Virus record (IMG/VR): IMGVR_UViG_3300006076_000017
Coordinates: 1-29,190 of that record
DNA: 29,190 bases
From: a virus
Taxonomy: Duplodnaviria > Caudoviricetes
Reading direction: 5' to 3' (one strand)
Shown here one piece after another: positions 8,617 through 16,899 of this stretch. A model generated the notes under the pieces. The model searched no databases. It worked only from the letters and a program-made list of their open reading frames with translations, and was not told the DNA's origin. The position numbers and the translations under genes are program-made. Each line of letters opens with the position of its first letter. Position 1 is the first letter of the stretch.

Positions 8617-9091
8617 GAATACCGATTTCTATCTCAACATCATTTCTAATCACATTCAAAACTTTATTATTAAAATCTTTAAATAATGTCTCAGCATAAC
8701 CTTTTATTGTTTCTTCATCTAGTAACTCAATATGTGATGTTAAGTTTTCTTCTCCTCTTAACGGAAATTTTAGTTTATCATCTAGTTTAGTAGTATATAA
8801 TACAAAATTTCCTTCCAGTAACATATCTTCATTAGTTAGGACAATTGCTATATCATTATTTATAGATTTAAATACTGTAAATCCTCCAACTTCAGAATAG
8901 TATAACCATTTGATTTCATCTTCTGTCAAATTTAAACCAAAACAGTTAGCCCAATATTTCAAATACTCTAATGGGCTATTGATTTTCTTTGTGTAATTAA
9001 ACCATAGAAACTTCTTCTCCAACTCTACCGATAGTTTGTAATATAATTTATCTAAAGTATCTGTTCTTTTTGCTTCTAAATTAATTATCAT
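8612..9091 (-). CDS. Hypothetical protein
   Basis: 159 aa; ATGA overlap with the helicase stop suggests translational coupling; no recognisable motif. Confidence 0.7.
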   Translation of the reverse strand: MIINLEAKRTDTLDKLYYKLSVELEKKFLWFNYTKKINSPLEYLKYWANCFGLNLTEDEIKWLYYSEVGGFTVFKSINNDIAIVLTNEDMLLEGNFVLYTTKLDDKLKFPLRGEENLTSHIELLDEETIKGYAETLFKDFNNKVLNVIRNDVEIEIGIL

Positions 9092-10599
9092 ATTGTTTCC
9101 TTGTAACTAATATGTTTAATGTCTTTAGCTATATCTGCAAAATATTCTAATCTCTGTTTATGATATCTCCTGTGTTGTTTAATATCTGGAGAATAGATGT
9201 AGATAAAGTAAACCTCTTTATTATCTAACTCTCTTAGTCTACCTATGTTCTGTTTATTAGCTTGGATAGAGTCCATTGGAATTGTGTGTAGTACTATAGT
9301 AAGATTTTTGATATCTAATGCAGTACCAGATGACTGAATAGTAGAAACAATAATGTCTGATTTATCGAATACCTCGAAATCATCTTCTGAAGTATATTTA
9401 TTAATTTTAAGATTAGAAAATTTTTCTCTTAAATAATCTCTTATCTTCTTATCCATTTCTACAGTACCAGCAAATATTAGCATCTTATCTTCAGGTTCTC
9501 TTCTGTCTACAAAATACGCTTTCACAATTCTATAGATCATTTCTAAATATCTGTCTAATACATCACTCCTATTCATAATCCAGTTTTCATATACAGCTTG
9601 TGAGTATCCATAACCTTTTGTTACTCTAACACTTTTAGATTGTCTTAATCTATAAGAGATTGCTACTACATTAATATATTTTTTCTGTAATAAATTCTTT
9701 AGTCTTTGTTTCTCTGGAAATAATAATGTATACATATTGTTTAATCTTTTATTACTAGATACTAATGTAGCAGTTAAACCTATAAAAAAGTTTACATCGA
9801 AAAACAATAGAGTCTTAAATACATTATGAAATTCTTGATGAGTTTCATCATTAATTAAAACTTCAATACCTAAATAAGATATTAAGTCATCTGGTTTAAC
9901 TGGATAAATAAATTCTGGTTCTTTATCTACATTTAACCAATCTTTAATATAGTTAATTACTGTAGTAAGACTAAAAATAAATACCTTATAATAATTTAAT
10001 TCATCTTCCGACATTGACATTAATTTTAATAACGACTTACTACCTCTAATTATAAATATTTCATCTTTTTTGATATCTGTTAATGTAGTAATATCGGATA
10101 TCCATTTGTCTATATAAGTAGGTAAAATCAAGATACCGAATCTTTTACCTATATGAGAGACTATTTCCATAGCTATTACTGTCTTACCTCCTCCTGTCTT
10201 TAAATTAATTAAGACGTTATTAGTTCCATTATAATAAAAATCTAATGCTGAATTTATATAAAACTTTTGGTAATCTCTTAACGTAAAACCATGTATTGTT
10301 TTAATATCAATATCTTTACCTTCATACCTGTCTTTTTCTATTATTTCTATTTCTTCTTCTGAAAGATGATACAATAAGTCCCCTTTAAATCCTATAGGAT
10401 ATCTCATTACACCTTCTCTAAAATCAGCTACATAAAATTCTTTATCTAGAACTAATTGTCTTCTTCTAGACTTTTTATCATACTTACCTATTTTATAAGT
10501 TACTAAATTTCTATTAAGCTTGAATAATTTATAAAATAATTTATCAAAATTTTCAGAAGAGAGTTTGATATTCTGTTTACCTAAGACCATTTTTATCAT
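9088..10599 (-). CDS. SF2 DExH helicase (XPB/RAD25/UvsW-like), phiKZ gp75-like
   Basis: Q-motif 'LRDYQ', Walker A 'LKTGGGKT', 'DETHQEFH', motif III 'GLTATL', motif V 'SGTALDI', motif VI 'QNIGRLR'. Start moved to ATG at 10599 behind SD AAGGAG; the ORF track begins at TTG 10620. Confidence 0.92.
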   Translation of the reverse strand: MIKMVLGKQNIKLSSENFDKLFYKLFKLNRNLVTYKIGKYDKKSRRRQLVLDKEFYVADFREGVMRYPIGFKGDLLYHLSEEEIEIIEKDRYEGKDIDIKTIHGFTLRDYQKFYINSALDFYYNGTNNVLINLKTGGGKTVIAMEIVSHIGKRFGILILPTYIDKWISDITTLTDIKKDEIFIIRGSKSLLKLMSMSEDELNYYKVFIFSLTTVINYIKDWLNVDKEPEFIYPVKPDDLISYLGIEVLINDETHQEFHNVFKTLLFFDVNFFIGLTATLVSSNKRLNNMYTLLFPEKQRLKNLLQKKYINVVAISYRLRQSKSVRVTKGYGYSQAVYENWIMNRSDVLDRYLEMIYRIVKAYFVDRREPEDKMLIFAGTVEMDKKIRDYLREKFSNLKINKYTSEDDFEVFDKSDIIVSTIQSSGTALDIKNLTIVLHTIPMDSIQANKQNIGRLRELDNKEVYFIYIYSPDIKQHRRYHKQRLEYFADIAKDIKHISYKETI

Positions 10600-10646
10600 T
10601 TTTACTCCTTTCCTATTCAAGTATTTGAATAGTGATAAAAAAATAT

Positions 10647-10674
10647 AGCTATGTAGGAATATTCCTACATAGCT
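10647..10674 (-). terminator. Perfect 28-bp palindrome / terminator
   Basis: AGCTATGTAGGAAT|ATTCCTACATAGCT overlapping the stop of the 164-aa gene, then a T7 run on the minus strand. Confidence 0.8.
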
Positions 10675-11159
10675 GTCAATACTTGCTTATTTACAAACGC
10701 TGATTTTAACTCATCTATTGGTCTATTTAGGATTCTGCTAAGTTTTCTAAAATACTTATTCAAAATTAATTCAATGTCATTATGTTTTTGCTCCTTAAGA
10801 ATTGGGTCATCTAAGTTTTGGTAATATTTTATAATTTTTAGTATTCTACTAAAGATACTATTAGTTAAGGACCTAATCTGCAGAATTTTAAGTTCTTGTC
10901 TCTGTAATTTTACTATGTAAAAGATTTCTATTAAAATAATTAAAAATGTCACAAAAGCAAAAACTACCTTACCTTTAAAATCAAAAAGAATAAATATCAG
11001 ATAACTACCTAATAAGGTAGCAAAAAGTATAATATAAAATAAATTTAATTTTTTCTTTAATTTAACATACTCTTTATTTATTTCGTTCTTTAAATATTCT
11101 AAACATGATCTTAAGCCTTCTATATCTAACCTACCCAGAAACTTCTTTACATTATTCAT
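10665..11159 (-). CDS. Small membrane protein with two transmembrane helices
   Basis: Hydrophobic segments LFYIILFATLLGSYLIFILF and VVFAFVTFLIILIEIFYIV with basic flanks; SD AGGAG. Confidence 0.75.
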   Translation of the reverse strand: MNNVKKFLGRLDIEGLRSCLEYLKNEINKEYVKLKKKLNLFYIILFATLLGSYLIFILFDFKGKVVFAFVTFLIILIEIFYIVKLQRQELKILQIRSLTNSIFSRILKIIKYYQNLDDPILKEQKHNDIELILNKYFRKLSRILNRPIDELKSAFVNKQVLTAM

Positions 11160-11167
11160 AATCGCTC

Positions 11168-11518
11168 CTATCTAAAAAATTTCTTAAATTTCTCAAAGTA
11201 GATAGATGAGAATAAAGTTAAAAACAATGCTTTTTTTCTCTTTTCTTCACCATCTGACTCTTCTGAGTATTCATTTAGCACTACTTTCATCTTATTCAAT
11301 TTTAGTAAGTTATCGAATTTTTCGACGACTAAAATTACTAACATGACTACTAGAACAATATTTAAAATTACCATTGCTTTAATATCACGGTGATACCCTA
11401 AAAAAATTGTAAGCATAGTAACCAATCCTACAAACAACATAACCGCAATTAGTACTTTATTTTTTGTAATTGATTTATCTATTTCATTTCTCATCTCTTG
11501 TTCATTAATATCCAACAT
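11168..11518 (-). CDS. Small membrane protein with two transmembrane helices (probable paralog of its neighbour)
   Basis: VLIAVMLFVGLVTMLTIFLGY and AMVILNIVLVVMLVILVV; start set to ATG 11518 behind SD GGAGGT (116 aa). Confidence 0.75.
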   Translation of the reverse strand: MLDINEQEMRNEIDKSITKNKVLIAVMLFVGLVTMLTIFLGYHRDIKAMVILNIVLVVMLVILVVEKFDNLLKLNKMKVVLNEYSEESDGEEKRKKALFLTLFSSIYFEKFKKFFR

Positions 11519-11562
11519 AGCTAAACCTCCAATAAAAATTTTCAACAAATTGATAAAAAATC

Positions 11563-11588
11563 TATAGAGAGATTTAATTCTCTCTATA
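11563..11588 (-). terminator. Intrinsic terminator after the nvRNAP beta' gene
   Basis: TATAGAGAGA-tttaat-TCTCTCTATA (10 bp), stop codon in the loop, T6 run follows on the minus strand. Confidence 0.75.
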
Positions 11589-13601
11589 ATGGTCTAATAC
11601 TTCTTTAGGTTTTAGCAATACGTCTAACGGATGATCTGGTTTATGTTCCTTAATATGTAGTGTTGGATCTATAATTTTTCCTTGGAATTTACTCCATCCA
11701 TAACTACCGCCGCATGATCTAAAATCAATTGCTTGTTTTAATCCTATTAGATCATTATTAGGACTATTTCTACCTAAATCATAATTTTCATTTGTAATAT
11801 CAAAAGCTGTAAAAGCATAAACTATTACTTCTAATAATGCAATATTAATATCTAACTTTCTATTCACTAAATCAAACAGTTTCTCTAGTAGTACTTTAGG
11901 AGTAAATTCTGAATAAAGTTTACCATCTTTCTTATAATATTGTCTTCTCCTAATTAGTCTTTTGAATTCTTTGGATAAAGCACTAAAGTCAAATTCTATC
12001 TTATCATACATGATTATTGGATGTTTAGGATTCCAATCTTTTAAGTCAATTAGATAATTATCAAAATCATCTACTTCATAACCATGTTTAATAACATATT
12101 GCCAGAAATAAGTAGTAAAATATGGATATTTATTACCATATTTTAAACTTATTGTGTAGAAAGTAGGTTCACCTTTATCCGGTAATTCTTCAATGATAAT
12201 TTCATTTAGTCTAGATGCTTTAGATAGATTAATATCTAAAACATTTTTGTTAGTTACAATTTCTTTTAAAGCGAAGACTTCATTTTGTGGCACATGGAGT
12301 CTAATTCTTTTAGTTTTTCTGTTAAAGAATTTACTATAGAAATAAAGTTTATTTTTATCTTTTACATTAAACCAAATACTAGCATCATCATTTAGTGTAA
12401 TTTGACTAGTAGATGCTGATTTAGTCAAATGTTTAGTAGAGATAATAGATTGTGAAATAGGAGTAGTTACATTAATGGTACAAAGATGACCTAGATTTTG
12501 GAATGGGAATACTGAATATGCTAACTCTCCAAAACATGCTGCACATACTTTCTTCTTATCTCTTAGTTTACAAGTAAGTACAGATCTTAATTTTATAGTT
12601 TTACCTTCTAACCAAGTATGATCTTTAGTGATAATTTCTTCTTTACCTGTTTTCTCATTTAGGAATCTTTTACCTATTAGATTTTTAAGATCACCTTTAT
12701 AAATTACATTACCCATTTGATCTACTTCTTTAGGTTTAACATAATAATCGATATACTCAGTATTACCACAATCTGTAAATTCTAAACCTTCTATCACCAT
12801 AGTAGCTAATTGAATTTCTCTAGCCATATATTCAGAATCTTGAATAGCCTTAGAAGAAAGATAGAGAGCTTTAGCTCCTGCTCTAGACTCAATAGCTAAT
12901 TCATAAATATTTTTAAATCCTAAAGTAAAACTATTAGTCATCGGGATGGCAAATATTTTACTATCTATTTCAGTCAAGAATCCTCTAGATCCAAATAACT
13001 GTTGAAGCTGAGAAATGGATACCATTTTAGATAGATAAATCAATCTGATTTTATCATCTTTATCTAATTTATGTTTTACTACATTGTCTAGAGCTTCATA
13101 TGTTTTCTCTATATTATATTGTGTGGGTTCATGATTTACTTTCACTATACTATCTAGTAATTCTTTTTGAAATTGAACATTTAAAATATCTTGTATTTCT
13201 ACACCTATAACATAATCACCTATTTCATGCACTAGTTCTCTAATCATTAAGTTAATAGTATTTTCAAACTCTCTCATAAGTTGTGGTATCAGATCAATAT
13301 TCCCTGTAGGTTTAACTACTTCATCCACGAACTTTTTATAGACTTTACTATAGATACCTTTATAGGTATCATCGTTAAAATAACCTTCCGTTAGATGTTT
13401 ATCTATAAATAGATCTCTAGTAATAGTAAATTTTGGTAATTTATTTACAAAATCCAATAGATATCTAAACAGAATAATATATTTATAATTCACGTGTTCT
13501 ACTACCTCATTATCTTCAAATCGGATAGAGAGATTAGACTTTAAATGTCTGATCTTTTCTCTATCCAATTCTAATATTTTTCTTATATTAACTGATTTCA
13601 T
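11574..13601 (-). CDS. rpoC: Non-virion RNA polymerase beta' subunit, C-terminal/middle part (phiKZ gp74-like)
   Basis: 'QLFGSRG', bridge helix 'ESRAGAKAL...SEYMAREIQL', Zn ligands 'DCG' and 'LRSVLTC..KKVCAACFG', trigger loop 'NLGH...TTPISQSIISTKH', 'LEVIV'. No DFDGD, which sits on the separate gp55-like subunit. Confidence 0.9.
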   Translation of the reverse strand: MKSVNIRKILELDREKIRHLKSNLSIRFEDNEVVEHVNYKYIILFRYLLDFVNKLPKFTITRDLFIDKHLTEGYFNDDTYKGIYSKVYKKFVDEVVKPTGNIDLIPQLMREFENTINLMIRELVHEIGDYVIGVEIQDILNVQFQKELLDSIVKVNHEPTQYNIEKTYEALDNVVKHKLDKDDKIRLIYLSKMVSISQLQQLFGSRGFLTEIDSKIFAIPMTNSFTLGFKNIYELAIESRAGAKALYLSSKAIQDSEYMAREIQLATMVIEGLEFTDCGNTEYIDYYVKPKEVDQMGNVIYKGDLKNLIGKRFLNEKTGKEEIITKDHTWLEGKTIKLRSVLTCKLRDKKKVCAACFGELAYSVFPFQNLGHLCTINVTTPISQSIISTKHLTKSASTSQITLNDDASIWFNVKDKNKLYFYSKFFNRKTKRIRLHVPQNEVFALKEIVTNKNVLDINLSKASRLNEIIIEELPDKGEPTFYTISLKYGNKYPYFTTYFWQYVIKHGYEVDDFDNYLIDLKDWNPKHPIIMYDKIEFDFSALSKEFKRLIRRRQYYKKDGKLYSEFTPKVLLEKLFDLVNRKLDINIALLEVIVYAFTAFDITNENYDLGRNSPNNDLIGLKQAIDFRSCGGSYGWSKFQGKIIDPTLHIKEHKPDHPLDVLLKPKEVLDHYREN

Positions 13602-13610
13602 TGGTACCTC

Positions 13611-15836
13611 CTATTCATCATCTTCTACGTCTTCAATTTCTTCAATTTCATCTATATCCAATATTTCTGAAATCTTTTCTATAGGATCCCTGAATCTTTC
13701 TTTATCTTCTACATATTCAAGATCTAAACCTACAGCATTAAATAGCGACAACATGACTTCTCTAGCTTTATCATGTTCAAATCCTACCTTATCCCTATCT
13801 ACAGCATTCTCTATTCTGCCAGGATGTTCTGCCTCTAATATCTTAGAATAAACTTCAGCATGTGTTCTAATAGACGCTGCTCTGTCTCTTAATTCTGCTA
13901 GTAATTCTCTACCGCCGTAAGATGCTATAATCCTAGTTTCAGCTTCACCAAGAAATCTTACAGGACTATTCCTCCAAGGGAGTCTATATTTATCAAACTT
14001 AGATACACCTATCGGTAAACCAAATTGATTTACTTTAGCAGATGCTGTAGCTAACATATCGTCTGCAATTTTATTTAGCAGTATAATATGCATAGGAGCA
14101 ATCATAATTGGATCTTTAGTTTTATATTTTTTACCATTTTCCATATATTCCACTGGACCATATGTAGGTTTGAATCTAGATTGCTCTATATCTAGTACTA
14201 TTTCCCAAGCTTTCTTTTCTACTTCGTTATGATAATAGATATAGAATTCTTCTTCTACAATTTCTTTAATTTGTTCTCTCATTGCTTCTATGTCATTTTT
14301 ATCATAAGCTTCTTTAAAGACAGTATATTGATCTGTTTCAAACAGCTTAATGAAATCTAATACGTTTTCTTTAAATACTTGTCTTATTTCTTCATCTGTT
14401 AAATCTTCAGGTTTCTTATTACCTAATCTATTTTTTAACAATTTCTTAGCTTTTCTACTAGCTGCTGCAAAATATCTTTCATAGAGTCTACCTACATTTA
14501 GTCTAGATACAGTACTACCTGAATCTAGCACTATGTCAGCTACATTACCATCTGCATCTCTAGGCATTTCTTCTATAGGTCTTACCTCTACTTTTACTAC
14601 TTTACTAATTACACCTTTAGCACCATGTCTATCAGTAATCTTAAATCCTTTAGTAGGTTTAATCAGATATTCTATTACAAATTCTGCTCTATAAATATCT
14701 AGATCTTCTTTCCTATATGATTTCTTAATTCTAGCAGTCTCCTTACTAGTTTCTATTATTGTATAAGCTTCAGCTACTAGTCTATGAAACTCAAATCCTA
14801 CTACTAAATCTTCTCCTGTGAGTCTTTTATGTTGTTTATTTAAATTCTCATAAACGTTTACTACATTCTTATAATATTCCAGTAAAAGATCAGCATACTT
14901 TTCAAATTGTGTGTCTGTATCTTTAGGTAATGTTTTCTTTTTCTTAGGAGATTTAATTACCTTAATATCTACTACTCTTCCTCCTTCTCCTCTAGTATAA
15001 ACCACATTATCAAAAATAGGATTGAATTGCATAGCATCATATTTAGAGAATAACCCTGGTACTAGATCATCTCTATATTTTCTAGAAGCAGCTACAGCAC
15101 CTGTTTCATTAATTTCCTCATACAGTTCTGGAAAAGCTTTATAATTATCCTTATCTCCATAAATATTTAATGGAAACATATATTCTCCCACAGTAATAGA
15201 TCTAGTCTCAAATAGTCTAAATTTTAATTTTTCTAGTGCTCTATCAGAAATAATTACTGCATCTTCTGCTGCATTATCTAAAGACATTAATGCTACATTA
15301 AGATTTACTCCAAAACTATAACTACCATCCTCCATTAATGTAGGAGGCTTAGCAATTATGGTTCCAGCTGGTATTACATCACCCGTAAATAAAGATTCTA
15401 TAAACTCTTTATTAATATCAAATTTGAATCCAAAATATGGATGAAACTTGTTATAATAAGGAACAATCATTGCATCAATTCTACCTGTTTCTAAATCTTT
15501 ATAGATAATAGTCCATTCTACTGGTTCTTTATTTAATTTAACTTTACTATATCTAGGTATTACAGCTATTACTTCAGAATCATGTTCAAATTCTTTCTTA
15601 ATAGCATACTTACCATATTCTTCTTCTAGTCCTGTAAAGATAATAGGTTTTTCAGGTTTTTCTAGCACTAAAGACTGTGCTATATGATTAGACATCATTA
15701 ATCCTCTTGGAGAAGAGTTATGCTGAATAAATGGATTTAAAGCTGCTGCACCAAGTAATTCTTCTTTAATTTTAAGGTCTGGATCAGATTCTTTAAAATA
15801 TTTGATATAATCTTGTAGTTCTTTTCTTTCTATCAT
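13611..15836 (-). CDS. rpoB: Non-virion RNA polymerase beta subunit, C-terminal half (phiKZ gp71-73-like, uninterrupted)
   Basis: 'LNPFIQHNSSPRGLMMSNHIAQ', 'GVNLNVALM....AEDAVIIS', 'GFKITDRHGAKGVISK', 'EMP..DG..ADIVL....VSRLNVG', 'RFLGEAETR' match RpoB conserved regions. Confidence 0.93.
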   Translation of the reverse strand: MIERKELQDYIKYFKESDPDLKIKEELLGAAALNPFIQHNSSPRGLMMSNHIAQSLVLEKPEKPIIFTGLEEEYGKYAIKKEFEHDSEVIAVIPRYSKVKLNKEPVEWTIIYKDLETGRIDAMIVPYYNKFHPYFGFKFDINKEFIESLFTGDVIPAGTIIAKPPTLMEDGSYSFGVNLNVALMSLDNAAEDAVIISDRALEKLKFRLFETRSITVGEYMFPLNIYGDKDNYKAFPELYEEINETGAVAASRKYRDDLVPGLFSKYDAMQFNPIFDNVVYTRGEGGRVVDIKVIKSPKKKKTLPKDTDTQFEKYADLLLEYYKNVVNVYENLNKQHKRLTGEDLVVGFEFHRLVAEAYTIIETSKETARIKKSYRKEDLDIYRAEFVIEYLIKPTKGFKITDRHGAKGVISKVVKVEVRPIEEMPRDADGNVADIVLDSGSTVSRLNVGRLYERYFAAASRKAKKLLKNRLGNKKPEDLTDEEIRQVFKENVLDFIKLFETDQYTVFKEAYDKNDIEAMREQIKEIVEEEFYIYYHNEVEKKAWEIVLDIEQSRFKPTYGPVEYMENGKKYKTKDPIMIAPMHIILLNKIADDMLATASAKVNQFGLPIGVSKFDKYRLPWRNSPVRFLGEAETRIIASYGGRELLAELRDRAASIRTHAEVYSKILEAEHPGRIENAVDRDKVGFEHDKAREVMLSLFNAVGLDLEYVEDKERFRDPIEKISEILDIDEIEEIEDVEDDE

Positions 15837-15880
15837 TGGTTACTCCTTTTTTAGTGGTTTGATTACATTTTAATAATGTA
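15837..15880 (-). promoter_or_regulatory. Putative early (virion-RNAP) promoter plus leader
   Basis: Minus strand TACATTATTAAAA-TGTAATC-AAACCACTAAAAAAGGAGTAACCA-ATG; one of four similar copies. Confidence 0.65.
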
Positions 15881-15943
15881 TTAATAAAAAAATCTTTAAA
15901 TTTCTTGAAATTGACGTTTTATATATTAAAAAAGGGGTAAAAA

Positions 15944-16549
15944 ATGAAAGTAGATACTACTATAACATTGGAAGCAATATTTACTATAGTTTTCACAATG
16001 ATATCAGTAGCAGCAGCTTATTTTAAATTAAATAACAGAGTTACTATGTTAGAAAATAAGGAAAGTGATGTCGAAGAATCATTAGACGATTTAAAAAATG
16101 AATTACGAAATGAAAATCATACAGCAGTTAGGAGTCTAGAAAAACTTTGTGTAGAAAAAAGAGAAGATATAATAGAAAAAATAAACAAAATAGAAGCTGA
16201 GTTATTAAGAATAACAGAAAGAATAGAAAAGGATTTTGGTAAAAAATTAAAAGAAAATATGGAAGATACAAACCATAAAATAGGTCTATTATTTAATAAG
16301 TATGACGGAGCATCAACAGACATAAAAGAATTAGAAAAATCTGTTATGGCTATAAATACACAAATGATAAGTGTATCTGAACTAATAAGATACTTAAAAG
16401 ATAATAAAGACATATTTATAGACTATAAAGTAACAAAAAAGATTTCTGAAATCACTAGAGATGATCTGAAAGAATTAAGAAAAGATCTTAATTCTTTAAA
16501 AGAATCTATCATTCGTGTAAGGACTGGAGGAAAAAATGAAAGTAGATGA
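15944..16549 (+). CDS. N-terminally membrane-anchored coiled-coil protein (holin/XhlA-like architecture, function unknown)
   Basis: Single hydrophobic helix AIFTIVFTMISVAAAYF, then about 170 aa of E/K/L-rich heptads; SD AAGGGG. Confidence 0.65.
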   Translation: MKVDTTITLEAIFTIVFTMISVAAAYFKLNNRVTMLENKESDVEESLDDLKNELRNENHTAVRSLEKLCVEKREDIIEKINKIEAELLRITERIEKDFGKKLKENMEDTNHKIGLLFNKYDGASTDIKELEKSVMAINTQMISVSELIRYLKDNKDIFIDYKVTKKISEITRDDLKELRKDLNSLKESIIRVRTGGKNESR

Positions 16550-16877
16550 ATTAAAAAGCAATATATTAGCTAAAATAAACTTAAGTTTTTACAATATACA
16601 GTTACTAGATAAAATAATCTATAAACTCAAACAGCTATCTAAAATAAAGATTAAAACAATATCTCCAGCACAAGCTGAATCTTATAGAGGTAATTTTTAT
16701 GGTTTACTAACAGAATTAGGTTTTGATGAAGATTTATGGTTACCTACATTATGGTTAAATGGATATAAAAATAATTTAGATTATGATGCAAAAACTGAAT
16801 TATTAACTTTTGATCCTGTAGATTTAGAAACTGTTATGAACTTATTTCTATTACAAGAAAAAAAAGTATCAGGATAG
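16536..16877 (+). CDS. Small conserved phiKZ-family protein, possibly a LysM-like baseplate component
   Basis: 'YRGNFYGLLTELG....LWLPTLWLNG' pattern, recalled from the opposite-strand gene between gp70 and gp71 homologs; SD GGAGG. The LysM assignment is inference. Confidence 0.5.
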   Translation: MKVDELKSNILAKINLSFYNIQLLDKIIYKLKQLSKIKIKTISPAQAESYRGNFYGLLTELGFDEDLWLPTLWLNGYKNNLDYDAKTELLTFDPVDLETVMNLFLLQEKKVSG

Positions 16878-16894
16878 GAAATCCTATCCTGATA
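16867..16894. terminator. Bidirectional hairpin between convergent genes
   Basis: TATCAGGATAGGA-aa-TCCTATCCTGATA. Confidence 0.8.
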
Positions 16895-16899
16895 TTAAA

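Noticed and set aside
11574-15836. Introns, inteins or homing endonucleases in the RNAP genes; beta' lacking DFDGD as a possible pseudogene
   Set aside because: Both ORFs are continuous with no intein or HNH/LAGLIDADG motifs. The catalytic DFDGD is on a separate subunit in split phage RNAPs.
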